A DNA stretch of 64,000 bases from an uncultured Bacilli bacterium (GCA_947626095.1 CANQQV010000003.1:82458-146457); one strand, 5' to 3'. Shown: positions 1-10,859, numbered from the stretch's first letter. Made by a program: numbers and translations. The notes: generated from the letters alone by a model not told the origin.

Positions 1-12
1 TAACTAACTTAC

Positions 13-1035
13 TCATAATAAGCCCATTACTTTCATATCTTGTCTAACTTCTAAGAAGTTATAAAATAACTCATGATTATATAAGATTAAATACAAGCAA
101 GCTTTTTGCGATTTATTTAATAAAGGCAATAACTTAGCTTCTAAGCTCTTATTCTTTAATGCTTTAGTAATAATACTAAAGATATGCGTTGATTTCTTCG
201 CTACTGTTTTATATTTTCTTCCAGCAATTACATATTTAACACTTATACTTATAATTGATTCAAGCAAAGCAAATAAATTATATACTTGATAATTTAAATT
301 TTTTTCATAAACATCATTATAACGGTATAATATAACATCTAAAAAATCATTAAGATTCTTTTCTGAACATGTCGCTGTAATACTATTTTCTCTTTTTAAA
401 TAGTTATAACAAACCTTATTAACATAAACAATCTTCTTTATATATTTAGACATTTCATAAGTAAATAATACGTCTTCATAGCATATATTTTCTTTAAATA
501 AACAAGAATCAAATAATTCTCGACGATATAACTTCGTACAAACATAATTTTTAAAACTTTTACGTAGTAAAACTTCTTTTAAAATTGTTCTTTTATTATA
601 TACTTTTAATTTAGAATTATGTTCACTTTCTTTGATATCATCACTAGTTTCAATGACATATCCACTTTCTCTCGTCATAACTAAACTAGCACTAGCAACA
701 TCAGCTTTTTTAAGCAATATAGCATTTAATAATGTTTCACAATAATCCTCCGTTATCGTATCATCACTATCGATAAAAGCCAAAAATTCCCCTGTACTTA
801 CTCGAATTCCTTGATTCCTTGTTGCTGATAAACCTTTATTCTTTTCATGATATACCCTAATTCTTTGATCTTTTTTGGCATACTCATCACATATTTGTGG
901 CGATTCATCAGTTGAACCATCATCAATTAAGATAATTTCTAAATTTTTATACGTTTGTTTTAATATACTATCTATACATTTATTTAAATACTTACTAACA
1001 TTATAAACCGGAACAATAAGACTGATTTTATTCAT
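13..1035 (-). CDS. Glycosyltransferase family 2
   Basis: N-terminal ISLIVPVYNV, IILIDDGSTD, NKGLSATRNQG, FLAFIDSDD (DxD) and a later YEDV motif, all typical of GT2. Confidence 0.93.
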   Translation of the reverse strand: MNKISLIVPVYNVSKYLNKCIDSILKQTYKNLEIILIDDGSTDESPQICDEYAKKDQRIRVYHEKNKGLSATRNQGIRVSTGEFLAFIDSDDTITEDYCETLLNAILLKKADVASASLVMTRESGYVIETSDDIKESEHNSKLKVYNKRTILKEVLLRKSFKNYVCTKLYRRELFDSCLFKENICYEDVLFTYEMSKYIKKIVYVNKVCYNYLKRENSITATCSEKNLNDFLDVILYRYNDVYEKNLNYQVYNLFALLESIISISVKYVIAGRKYKTVAKKSTHIFSIITKALKNKSLEAKLLPLLNKSQKACLYLILYNHELFYNFLEVRQDMKVMGLL

Positions 1036-1106
1036 ATATTTTCTTCACCATTTTTATCATCCTACAGCGAAAATCTCGCTGCTGGCCTAATAATATCACA
1101 ATCATT

Positions 1107-1958
1107 TTAAAAAAGCAAATTAAGAAATAATTCCAAAATAATCCCTGTTAACGCCCCAATTAAATACAAAGTAACAACAATAAAAATATTCTCTTTTAGC
1201 GACTTATTTCCTTTAAATAAAACGATTAAAGCAATTCCACTACCAGTGAGTAAACCAGCTAAAGTACTAGCAAAACTTATCGTCTTACTTAAATATAATT
1301 CTGTAATCATAATACTAGATCCACAGTTAGGTATTAAACCTATCAAACTAGTTATTAAAGGTCCTATTAAACTATTTTTATGTAATAATTTAGCTAAATA
1401 CTGTTCCCCAACATAATGAAATAATATATTAATAATAAAAGTAATAATTAGAATATATATAATCGTTTTCCCCGTATGAATAAGACTAGATTTAATTAAA
1501 CTATCACTTTCTTCACATCCACAATGCTCATCCTGACATATATCATATACTTTTTCTTCTTTTCTTTTCTTACGAAAAATAAAATCAATTATATAACCAC
1601 AAATAACCCCAATAATAAACTTACAACCTAATAAAGCTAAAATAACCTTAAAATCAACTCTATTAGATAACATTATTGGTAACATTTCATCACTCGTTGA
1701 TAAATATATCGCTATTAAAGTTCCTAAAGATACAATTCTTGTAATATATAAATTAGTCGCTATTACCGAAAAACCACATTGTGGTATTAAACCTAATAAA
1801 CTACCAAATAAAGGTGAATACTTACCACTTTTCTTGATAATATTTTCACTTTTTGTACTAAGTTTATGTTCTACATACTCAATAATTAAAAAGGCCACAA
1901 ATAAGAAAGGTACTAACTTAATAGTATCTAAAAGAGTATCAATTATAATATCTTTCAT
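1107..1958 (-). CDS. Putative metal (Mn/As) permease, DUF2899/ArsP-like
   Basis: Polytopic membrane protein with duplicated GLIPQCG/GLIPNCG motifs, LSTSDE and a Cys/His-rich loop (CQDEHCGC). Confidence 0.8.
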   Translation of the reverse strand: MKDIIIDTLLDTIKLVPFLFVAFLIIEYVEHKLSTKSENIIKKSGKYSPLFGSLLGLIPQCGFSVIATNLYITRIVSLGTLIAIYLSTSDEMLPIMLSNRVDFKVILALLGCKFIIGVICGYIIDFIFRKKRKEEKVYDICQDEHCGCEESDSLIKSSLIHTGKTIIYILIITFIINILFHYVGEQYLAKLLHKNSLIGPLITSLIGLIPNCGSSIMITELYLSKTISFASTLAGLLTGSGIALIVLFKGNKSLKENIFIVVTLYLIGALTGIILELFLNLLF

Positions 1959-2071
1959 TCGCCCACCTCTTTTTTCCTTTTAATTTTATATTAGAACTTA
2001 TCTTTCGTCAATAAATAACTAATATCAGTATATCATACTACTATTATCTATGAAAAAAGAAATAACTCCTG

Positions 2072-2710
2072 TTATTTCTTATTCCATCTCTCATTAAACA
2101 TATTATTTAAATATTCTACCCCAAAGTACTTATCTAATACTTCTTCAAACTTATTACTAGGTGGAATATTTTGTTCATACTTTTTACCACGATCAACCGC
2201 CGCCAATGTTAATACCGCATCACACAGTAAAAAGATTATCATATATTTCATTAATCTAACGCTGTTATTTTTATCTAACTTATCAATTAATTTTTTTATT
2301 CTTGGATATAATAGTTTAATCCATACAATACCTAAAATACCCCAAAAAATTGAATATGTTAAGCAAATACGACCATTAATATTAAAAGGTTTACGCTTAT
2401 AATTCCAAGCCACAAACCCAAACATTAATTCCATAACATAACTCATAATGTATTCTAAGATTGAACCAGTTGCAAAAGATACACAGAATATTTCAAAATT
2501 GCCCTTATTTTTTAAACGATATAACATAATCGTTAATACAACTGCTCCAATACCATAAACAAGGTTAAATGGACCAATTACTAAGGCTGTATGATTAATT
2601 AACACACCCTTTTTGATTAAAGTCCAAATACCTTCTATAATCCAACCAAAGATGCAACCAAATAAGAATGTATAAAACATATCATGAAATGAAATCTTTT
2701 CTGTTTTCAT
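2072..2710 (-). CDS. Putative ABC transporter permease (DUF1113/CmpB-like)
   Basis: FGWIIE, GPFNLVYGIG, LEY, WNY..PFNINGRICL..SIFWG motifs. Start moved to the ATG at 2710 after a GGAATAGGT RBS-like sequence. Confidence 0.85.
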   Translation of the reverse strand: MKTEKISFHDMFYTFLFGCIFGWIIEGIWTLIKKGVLINHTALVIGPFNLVYGIGAVVLTIMLYRLKNKGNFEIFCVSFATGSILEYIMSYVMELMFGFVAWNYKRKPFNINGRICLTYSIFWGILGIVWIKLLYPRIKKLIDKLDKNNSVRLMKYMIIFLLCDAVLTLAAVDRGKKYEQNIPPSNKFEEVLDKYFGVEYLNNMFNERWNKK

Positions 2711-2764
2711 ACCTATTCCCCACATTGCCTAGATTATATCACTTAACCTATTCTCATGCAATTT

Positions 2765-5700
2765 TTAGTCCTTATTCAAAACTTTTTTTCTTGCTGCAAT
2801 ACTTTTTTTTAAATAATCAAGATAATAATTACATTTATACTCATTGCTTAGTAAATCATACTTATGATACTCAGCACTAAATATTTCTTCAATTTCATTT
2901 AATTCATAAATCGAATTAGTTTCATTAAGACGATTAATAACAACACTTAATAACAAGTATATATCATATCTTAACGCTTCTTCTTTATTCACCTTACGAT
3001 AAGCTGTATAATTATTTTCTAACTTCGTTAAGACTTTTTTAAGTAGATATGGTTCATACGTCATTTCATATTCTTTTAATAACTTATTAACACTTAATAA
3101 CTCTTTTTTAGCTACTTTCTCTAAATCAATACTAATAATTGGTAAACCTTCTGGATGTCTCTTACTTCTAAACTCTAAACTTATATTAACTATTTGATTT
3201 AAATACATCTTATCATTTAAACGATTAGCTTTAACTAAGATATAATCTGGTTCTATATTAGGTATATTATCATCGTTATAATTAGGTCGTACTCCATATT
3301 TATTTAAATACAAAGTATTATTATAATCCCTAGTTTGATCAATTAAATTACTAACTGATGAATAATAATCTTTACTATTATCATCTATTTTATCTAAATA
3401 ATAATTAGATACTTTAATAAGTCCTTCAGCTAATAAACCATTATAACCAAATAAGAAATCCTTATCAAATACTAAATTATCTTTAGTTATTAAACTACAA
3501 GGTACTCCCTTTTCTCCTTCGTTTAATAACTTATGATAACTTTTAAAATAACTCTTGGTCTTTAAATAAGACTCTTCTAAATCTAAATTACATACTAAGT
3601 ATAAGAAATCTTCTTTACTCTTATATATCGTTATCTCTTTATTATAGAAATTAATTGTTGATGCTTTTAAATTATTATTTTTACTACGTAACTCATAATT
3701 ATATATCTGACCATACATCTTCTTTAGTTTATACTCTAAGCGATAACTTTCATCCATTGCTATAACTTTATAATCTCTATCTAATTCTTTTAATGATTCA
3801 TTATCGGTATTAAGTATTTTATTTAAATTCGTTACGAACATATATTCTTCGTTATAGACATTAATATCTACAGAACTAACATCATACATTTTAACCATTA
3901 AACGTGCTTCTTCTAAAGTCAATTTAAAATGTTTTTGGATAAAATAATCTTTAATATTATCTTCCGTCTTAATAAGATTAGTCAATTTATTCTCTGTTTC
4001 TTTCTCATAGTTAACTATCTCTTCATAGGTATGAGGTGCTTTTAAAACAATTGGTCTTAATAAAACTTCTTCATTCCTATAAAACCTAGGTATTAAATAT
4101 AATAAATAATTTATTAAACTGTTTAATTCTTTTTTAGGTATTCGCTGATAATTAACACCATCTAATAATTTCGGCAAATTACCAAATCTTTTACGATTCT
4201 TACTATTAGTTACCATAACTAATATATCTAATACTCTATCTAACGTTTCATCTCTATTTAATTCTTCTAAAGCATAATACAAAGTATTAATTAACATACT
4301 TGGATTTTGATAGTATTTACCAATTACAACTATCTTTTCTTCTAAAGCAGGATACTTAGTAATATAACTTAAAATACTTAGTTTTAAATCAACAATATAA
4401 TCTTCAAAGATTCTAAAATCTATTGTATTAAGTAAATAAGCATTATTATTTAATAACTTTTTATAAATATTATAGTATTTACTAGATAAAACTTTTTCGA
4501 CTAATTCTTTAGTACAAAATTCCTTTTTACCATCATAATCTAATTCTCTAATAATGTTAGTCAATAACTCTTTATCAAAATAATTATATTCTTTATTAAA
4601 ATACTTAATTAGATCTTCGCGATCTTTAATTACATCACTTATAATATGATAATCTTCTTTCGCATATTTAAATAAAATATCTATTACTTTAAAGTTACTT
4701 AATACTTGACTATTAAAACTAATATCTGTTTTAAGTAATAATTCTTTTATAACTGGTGCTTTTAACTTCGTTATTTCATTAATATTATTTAAATAATAAC
4801 TAATAGCATATTCATCTAAATGATATGACTTTTCATTGACTAATTCATTTCTAAGTTCATTACTATCATAAAAATACTTACGTTTACTTAGAGGCATATC
4901 TTTTAATAACATATTAAGTAATTTAGAGTCTTTAAACTCTTCAACATTCGCCATTAATAATAAACGATCATCCATTGTAAATTTACCAGCTTTAAATAAA
5001 TTATCTAACATACTATAATCTTTACTCTTTAAACTATTAACTATTCTTGTACATAATTCTTTATTTTTAATAATATCTTTCTTATAACTACTATCTATAC
5101 GACACAACTCGGTTAAATCTTTAATATTAAATCTATTTAATTGTTCAGTCTTTAAATCAAGACGTTCTTCATAATTTAAAGCTTTAATAAACTTAACATC
5201 ATCAATAATTTCTAAATTTCTTAACAAAGCCCCGTAATAATTCTTATTACTATCCGCAATAACTTGTAATTTATCTAAAGGTAAATCCTTAATAATATCA
5301 AAGTAAGGATCTACAAATAAATTTTGTTCTTTAACTAATATTTTTTTTAGATAACAATATGGTAAACTTCTTAATATATAAATGTTCTTACTATTAATAA
5401 CTATTTGTTCAACATTATCTAACTGTAATAAATCTTTTTGTAATAACTTATCTGTATTCTTAACTAGATGTAATATAATATTATCTTTTGAATAACTAGC
5501 TAAAATACTATCTAATTTTTTCTTGGATAAATATTTAAATAATGGACAATCAACAGCATAATTATTATCTAACTTAGTTAAATAAATTTTTAAAAACTCT
5601 TCATTATTAGCTAATTCTTCTACTTTCTCATAACTAGCTATAAAATCATTAATCGCTTTTAAATTATATAATTTTAAAATACTTAAATTATTCTTAATTT

Positions 5701-6193
5701 GTTCTTTAGTATCTTCCTTTAAAGTATTAAAACTAAGACCTTTTTTAATTAATAAATTATCTATATCTATATCTTTTCTTAAAAAAGCCACTTCATCAGC
5801 TGTTAAATCATTAATTATCTCTTCTAAAGTAAGTATTTCATCCCCTTTTAAAATACTCTTTCTTATTTTTTTAGAATAAGTAAGTAAAGCTAAACGAGGT
5901 TTAGGGAAATTCGAAGTTAATGATAGAAGCATTGAACCATCTATGTTTGTTGCATCTAAAAGTTTAATAAATTCTTTATCATTATAAACTGTTTTTAAAT
6001 AATCAAAAACCATGAATTTATTAGCTACATACAAATATGGATATAACATTGAAACATTATCTAAATTAAATCTAAAACTTTTATCTAAAAGATGCAGATT
6101 TATTTTCGTTAATATTTTCTTAGCTTTCTCCTCATTATTCTTATTACTTTCTAATTCTTTAAATAACTTTTTCATAGACTCTTGTTCTTGCAT
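2765..6193 (-). CDS. Large hypothetical protein (1142 aa): Leu/Lys-rich helical N-terminus, alpha/beta C-terminal domain
   Basis: Long uninterrupted ORF with GGAG RBS. No signal peptide or TM segment, and no family recognised with certainty. Confidence 0.75.
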   Translation of the reverse strand: MQEQESMKKLFKELESNKNNEEKAKKILTKINLHLLDKSFRFNLDNVSMLYPYLYVANKFMVFDYLKTVYNDKEFIKLLDATNIDGSMLLSLTSNFPKPRLALLTYSKKIRKSILKGDEILTLEEIINDLTADEVAFLRKDIDIDNLLIKKGLSFNTLKEDTKEQIKNNLSILKLYNLKAINDFIASYEKVEELANNEEFLKIYLTKLDNNYAVDCPLFKYLSKKKLDSILASYSKDNIILHLVKNTDKLLQKDLLQLDNVEQIVINSKNIYILRSLPYCYLKKILVKEQNLFVDPYFDIIKDLPLDKLQVIADSNKNYYGALLRNLEIIDDVKFIKALNYEERLDLKTEQLNRFNIKDLTELCRIDSSYKKDIIKNKELCTRIVNSLKSKDYSMLDNLFKAGKFTMDDRLLLMANVEEFKDSKLLNMLLKDMPLSKRKYFYDSNELRNELVNEKSYHLDEYAISYYLNNINEITKLKAPVIKELLLKTDISFNSQVLSNFKVIDILFKYAKEDYHIISDVIKDREDLIKYFNKEYNYFDKELLTNIIRELDYDGKKEFCTKELVEKVLSSKYYNIYKKLLNNNAYLLNTIDFRIFEDYIVDLKLSILSYITKYPALEEKIVVIGKYYQNPSMLINTLYYALEELNRDETLDRVLDILVMVTNSKNRKRFGNLPKLLDGVNYQRIPKKELNSLINYLLYLIPRFYRNEEVLLRPIVLKAPHTYEEIVNYEKETENKLTNLIKTEDNIKDYFIQKHFKLTLEEARLMVKMYDVSSVDINVYNEEYMFVTNLNKILNTDNESLKELDRDYKVIAMDESYRLEYKLKKMYGQIYNYELRSKNNNLKASTINFYNKEITIYKSKEDFLYLVCNLDLEESYLKTKSYFKSYHKLLNEGEKGVPCSLITKDNLVFDKDFLFGYNGLLAEGLIKVSNYYLDKIDDNSKDYYSSVSNLIDQTRDYNNTLYLNKYGVRPNYNDDNIPNIEPDYILVKANRLNDKMYLNQIVNISLEFRSKRHPEGLPIISIDLEKVAKKELLSVNKLLKEYEMTYEPYLLKKVLTKLENNYTAYRKVNKEEALRYDIYLLLSVVINRLNETNSIYELNEIEEIFSAEYHKYDLLSNEYKCNYYLDYLKKSIAARKKVLNKD

Positions 6194-6238
6194 AATGCCA
6201 ACTCCCTATTCTCTATTTATTATAGCAAATATCCCTAT

Positions 6239-6265
6239 TAAAAAAAAGGAATTTTTATTTCCTTT
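6239..6265 (-). terminator. Intrinsic terminator after the MYG1 gene
   Basis: AAAGGAA/TTCCTTT stem followed by a U-tract on the minus strand. Confidence 0.55.
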
Positions 6266-7175
6266 CTTCATTATTATTAATTGCATTTTGCGCTAGCAAT
6301 ATTGCATCATCTAATGTATTAGTACAAGCTAAAAAACCACTTGCATGCACAAAACGAGCACTTTTTATCTGTGATATTTGTGCTAACTCTTCATCATGTA
6401 ATCCATAAAACCTTGTATCAAAATGACAAACTAATTCTTTTGATTTTTCATTAATCGTCATTGGCTTTATACTATAACCTCCTCGATTAGAAGGAAATAT
6501 TACTACTTTTATTTCTTTAGCTTTTGGCTTTACTGAATTAAAAATGGCTTCTTGATATGGCATATATTCATCTAATATTAAAATATTACCTTCTACTTGA
6601 TCAATTAGCTCATTAACCTTTTTACTCGCTTTTATTTTAGCTAATTCTTTTCTAATAAGACGATCAAATATATCTAAAGCACAAGCTACTGCTTTTAAGA
6701 AATTTTCGTCATTATCAACATCTTCATCCCAAGCTTTATTATATAAATCAATTATTGCATCTAAGTCTAATAAACTATATGGTGCATTAACTTGAGGAAA
6801 TAAACCATTATCAATCCCATCAATCTGTTTAACTAACTTTTCATCAATCGCTTGCCATAGTATTTCATAATCCTCTGTTATAGTCTTTAAATATTCTCTA
6901 CCATAAGTTTCCCATAGTAAACCAAAAGAACAATATTTTATTTTTTCATCACGCCACTTTGCATCTGGACCATGATGATCAAAGCTTCCAAACCCAATAT
7001 CATATACAATACTATCTTTATTAATATCATCAGGAACATAATTAACTCGACATACTACCGGATTTGAAACAATCTTAGTTAAAAAAGCCGTACTAAAGAC
7101 ATCATCGGGATGAAAAGTTGAAGCATGTGTAATTAAATTAGCTTCTTTTATATCTTTCGTTATTTTAAGATTCAT
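6255..7175 (-). CDS. MYG1-family protein (DHH-like exonuclease/phosphoesterase)
   Basis: THASTFHPDDV, YDIGFGSFDHH, SFGLLW, IDGIDNG and FVHASGF are MYG1/UPF0160 signature motifs. Confidence 0.93.
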   Translation of the reverse strand: MNLKITKDIKEANLITHASTFHPDDVFSTAFLTKIVSNPVVCRVNYVPDDINKDSIVYDIGFGSFDHHGPDAKWRDEKIKYCSFGLLWETYGREYLKTITEDYEILWQAIDEKLVKQIDGIDNGLFPQVNAPYSLLDLDAIIDLYNKAWDEDVDNDENFLKAVACALDIFDRLIRKELAKIKASKKVNELIDQVEGNILILDEYMPYQEAIFNSVKPKAKEIKVVIFPSNRGGYSIKPMTINEKSKELVCHFDTRFYGLHDEELAQISQIKSARFVHASGFLACTNTLDDAILLAQNAINNNEERK

Positions 7176-8383
7176 TTTTTGACCTTCTTTCTCGTTGTTG
7201 TAAAACGTGCAAATTTAGTTAATTCAAAAATAACAATTGGCACCAAACTAACTAATACTGAACTAAAATAATTTTTTAAACCAATATTTCTAGTTGTAAA
7301 ATAAGTAAAATAATTTATTCCGATTGTTATTGCAATACTTATTACAACATATAAATCTATTCTTATATTTTTTAAAGACTTAAAAATATTATATAAAATA
7401 TTATGTTCACTAAATAAAGAATAAGTCATCAAAATATTAATATATATATAAACAATAAAATAAATAGTATTAGCCAAATTAATTGAGCCACCTTGTGCTA
7501 AAACAAACATATATGGAATTGCTAAAGCAAATACTATACAAAATGATTCCATAACATTAATAAATAATTCTTGACTACCCATAAAAACATATAGTGGTTT
7601 AGGTTTTCTCACGCCTATATCAGTATCATAAGGCATCTTTTTATATACAACTTCACTCACTACAATAGTAAATAATTTAAGCACTAAAATAAGTAATAAA
7701 TTATTAATTGTTGGAAAACCAGCAATTAGAAAAGCAAAATAACAAATTAATAATGGTAAATAAGTATTAATAATATATTTTATCGTTCTAATATAATTAT
7801 CAGCTACTCCCCTAGCTTCATATATTTTATGATAAGCTTCATCTAATGAAGCAAATTCATAGTAAGTTGTTAATTTATTCATTTTATTTAATAAATCTAA
7901 ATTATCCGTTTTAATTATTATATTTTTTCTTAAATAACTATTATTTACTTCATCTTCGTTAATAACTTTTAACTTCGTTTTTATCTTTTTATTAATTAAA
8001 ACAATAACATTAATACCCGCTCTATTAAACTTTTTTATTAAATCAGCATTATAAATATTTGTTACAATTGTCTTCGTATGATTTATCTTTTCTTCATCTT
8101 TGAAACTAACTAAGTATAACGTATTAATTGATAAAGGCATTGTAATAAAAGCTATTGCTAACGCATTTATAATAACATTTAATGTTGATTTATCACTTTT
8201 AGCTTCAATAAATAAAGCAATAACAAAAACCAAAAAGGAAACAACATATAAAATGATATTTAATTTACGGGCTTTATTATATAATTCTTTTTTATAAACA
8301 TCACGATATTTCTTACTTTGATATATCTTATAAACAATTATTACTATTAACACCATAATAGATAATAAAATCTTCATTTTCAT
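7172..8383 (-). CDS. Truncated/degenerate P-type cation-transporting ATPase-like membrane protein
   Basis: C-terminal half aligns by eye to Cation_ATPase_C (IYEARGVADNYIRTIKY ~ VEEGRxIYDNIxKFIxY; PYDTDIGVRKP ~ EPxExDIMxRxP). No DKTGT, TGD or GDGxND motif. The ORF track starts at 8395; the RBS favours 8383. Confidence 0.65.
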   Translation of the reverse strand: MKMKILLSIMVLIVIIVYKIYQSKKYRDVYKKELYNKARKLNIILYVVSFLVFVIALFIEAKSDKSTLNVIINALAIAFITMPLSINTLYLVSFKDEEKINHTKTIVTNIYNADLIKKFNRAGINVIVLINKKIKTKLKVINEDEVNNSYLRKNIIIKTDNLDLLNKMNKLTTYYEFASLDEAYHKIYEARGVADNYIRTIKYIINTYLPLLICYFAFLIAGFPTINNLLLILVLKLFTIVVSEVVYKKMPYDTDIGVRKPKPLYVFMGSQELFINVMESFCIVFALAIPYMFVLAQGGSINLANTIYFIVYIYINILMTYSLFSEHNILYNIFKSLKNIRIDLYVVISIAITIGINYFTYFTTRNIGLKNYFSSVLVSLVPIVIFELTKFARFTTTRKKVKK

Positions 8384-8445
8384 ATCTACCACCACCTCAA
8401 TTATATCACAAAAAAATCACTAATATTACGAATGTAGTGATTCTT

Positions 8446-9294
8446 TTATTTATATAATAATTTCTTTAAACCATCATCTTTATGTTCTAAATAAAATTCT
8501 GTATCAAATAAATCATGTACTATTTCTTCACGTGATTTTAATTCTTTTTTTGCCTCTGCTATTTTTTCTTTTTCTTTTAACAACTTCTTTTTTTGTAAGT
8601 GAAGCTCCGCCATCTTTAACTCATCTTCCGTCAGAGTTAAAGTCTCAGTTTCTTCCCTTTTCTTATCTTGCATTAAAGCCTTTTTCTGATAATCATAAGT
8701 AACATATAAACTTCCAGCAATAGCTGGTATAGCTAAAATCGTTGAAACTAAATTAGGATTTAAACTTAACAAGGTATTAAAAGAAGAAACATTAATATAA
8801 CTTAATAAATTTTTTAAAGTTGGTGCTGAATAAGCAAAAAAACTACCTACTATTGAGGCGGCTAATAAAACTGTTTTAGCTTTACCAGCCATACTTGATT
8901 GTGAGTTATTGCCTCTTTCCACACTACTATAATTAACAAAAAGAATTCCTAACTCTAAACCAATTATTATTAAAAATATAGGATTTAAAGTCGATAAAAT
9001 TAATAAACAGACAATTCCAAATGCTTTATCAGACAAAGCATCAAGAATACTTCCAAAAAAGCTTTGAACATGAAGTTTTCTGGCTAAAAAGCCATCAATA
9101 AAATCTGTTGAAAAAAAGCCTATCGCCGCTAACGCAGTCGCTAAAGCACCATGAACTGCATAAACAGGTATTATTGCTATAGTACCTAAAGAACGTATAA
9201 AAGTAATAAGATTAACCAAAACTTTATTACGTATATGTTTATGTTGTTCTTGTTTATCTTTTTCTACTTTAATAAACTTGTCTTCCTTTTTCAT
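8446..9294 (-). CDS. CDP-alcohol phosphatidyltransferase (PgsA-like)
   Basis: NLITFIR and the DFIDGFLARK...FGSILDALSDK signature, with a coiled-coil C-terminal extension. Confidence 0.9.
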   Translation of the reverse strand: MKKEDKFIKVEKDKQEQHKHIRNKVLVNLITFIRSLGTIAIIPVYAVHGALATALAAIGFFSTDFIDGFLARKLHVQSFFGSILDALSDKAFGIVCLLILSTLNPIFLIIIGLELGILFVNYSSVERGNNSQSSMAGKAKTVLLAASIVGSFFAYSAPTLKNLLSYINVSSFNTLLSLNPNLVSTILAIPAIAGSLYVTYDYQKKALMQDKKREETETLTLTEDELKMAELHLQKKKLLKEKEKIAEAKKELKSREEIVHDLFDTEFYLEHKDDGLKKLLYK

Positions 9295-9345
9295 CCTGCT
9301 AAAACTCCCATCGATTTCCTATAATAGCAATGGCTATATAAAATG

Positions 9346-9924
9346 TCAAACTTTAATATCACTAAATTTTAAATGGTATTGAATATAAGCATTAGAAATC
9401 GTTATATCAGTAATTATTTTTTTATTAGAACGTATACTTATCTCAGTACTAAGTTCCTCAAATGTTATTTCATAACGATACTCAATATATGATTCATTAT
9501 CAAATACTTCTTCTTCACTATCTTTTATTAAATCAAATATATATGTAGGATCTAATAAGTTACTATCAATTTCCTTAAATACATCTTTCTTCGTATTAAT
9601 ATTATATTCCACAAAACTAGGTAAAGTACATTTACCTATTTCTTCATTTTCATTTCTTTTTCCTTCACATTCAAAATAATACGTTTTATCTTGCATACTA
9701 TACATTAACGTATAATCATAGTTATATTTATTTTTCTTTAAATTACTTTTTTGTTCTTCGTAATCTACTTCTTTTATTTCTTGTTCTTCATTATCACTAA
9801 TTGGTATATCTACTTTTTCTTCTTTTATAAACCACTTTTCTGGTGCTAAAAACACAATAAATATTAAAGCACCAATAACTAAAATGGCATATCCTATTAA
9901 TAAAAATTTATGTTTCTTACTCAT
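9346..9924 (-). CDS. Hypothetical membrane-anchored protein
   Basis: One N-terminal TM helix and an acidic extracellular domain. Translationally coupled to fmt (TAATG). Confidence 0.7.
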   Translation of the reverse strand: MSKKHKFLLIGYAILVIGALIFIVFLAPEKWFIKEEKVDIPISDNEEQEIKEVDYEEQKSNLKKNKYNYDYTLMYSMQDKTYYFECEGKRNENEEIGKCTLPSFVEYNINTKKDVFKEIDSNLLDPTYIFDLIKDSEEEVFDNESYIEYRYEITFEELSTEISIRSNKKIITDITISNAYIQYHLKFSDIKV

Positions 9925-10859
9925 TATTTTACTATGCTATAAAGAACACGAGCTTTATCTAAACCATTTATATAATCTAAAGCTGCCATTTCTTTTTTAC
10001 CAAAAGGTTTAACTCTTGTAATATAGACTACTTTATCTTTTGTACATATACCAATATTATCTTTATTTATTTCACATATTGTTCCTGCTGAAAAACGACT
10101 ATCTTTATCTCCAATAAAACATTCTAAAATTTTTACTTCTTGTTCATTAATCAAACAATTAGCTTTAGGCCATGGATATAACCCACGAACTTTATTATAT
10201 ATTTCCTTTGCCGTTAAATTAAAATCTAAATGTTCTTCTTCACGTGTAATATTATAAGCATAGGTTGCTAAAGCATCATCTTGCTTTATTCTTTTGTTAG
10301 TTCTCTCGACAATTGAAGGCAATGTATCTAACAATAAATCTCTACCCATTACACTAAGTGTATCATGTAAAATACCAACATTATCACTATCTTTAATTAT
10401 ATATTCCCTAGTTGCAATAATATCACCAGTATCCATATTCTTATCCATATACATAATCGTAATTCCCGTTTTTTCTTCACCATCTATAATTGCATGATGA
10501 AGTGGTGCTCCACCTCTTAATCTTGGTAACAAAGAAGCATGAACATTAATACAACCTAATCTTGGCGCATTTAAAATTTCTTCGGGAATAATTTGACCAT
10601 AAGCACATGTAATTATTATATCTGCCTTAGTATTAACAACTTCATTGTATTCTTTTCTTATCTTAGTTGGTTGAAAAACTTTAATACCATGACTTAAAGC
10701 CACTTTCTTAACAGGTGTCATCTCCATTTCATGATGACGACCAACTTCTTTATCTGGTTGTGTTACGACCATTACAACATCTGTATTTTCAATTAACATT
10801 TCTAATATAGGTACTGCAAAATCTGGAGTTCCCATAAAGATAACTTTTGTATCTTTCAT
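9924..10859 (-). CDS. fmt: Methionyl-tRNA formyltransferase
   Basis: IFMGTPDFA, VVTQPD, INVHASLLPRLRGGAP and MDTGD motifs. Confidence 0.98.
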   Translation of the reverse strand: MKDTKVIFMGTPDFAVPILEMLIENTDVVMVVTQPDKEVGRHHEMEMTPVKKVALSHGIKVFQPTKIRKEYNEVVNTKADIIITCAYGQIIPEEILNAPRLGCINVHASLLPRLRGGAPLHHAIIDGEEKTGITIMYMDKNMDTGDIIATREYIIKDSDNVGILHDTLSVMGRDLLLDTLPSIVERTNKRIKQDDALATYAYNITREEEHLDFNLTAKEIYNKVRGLYPWPKANCLINEQEVKILECFIGDKDSRFSAGTICEINKDNIGICTKDKVVYITRVKPFGKKEMAALDYINGLDKARVLYSIVK

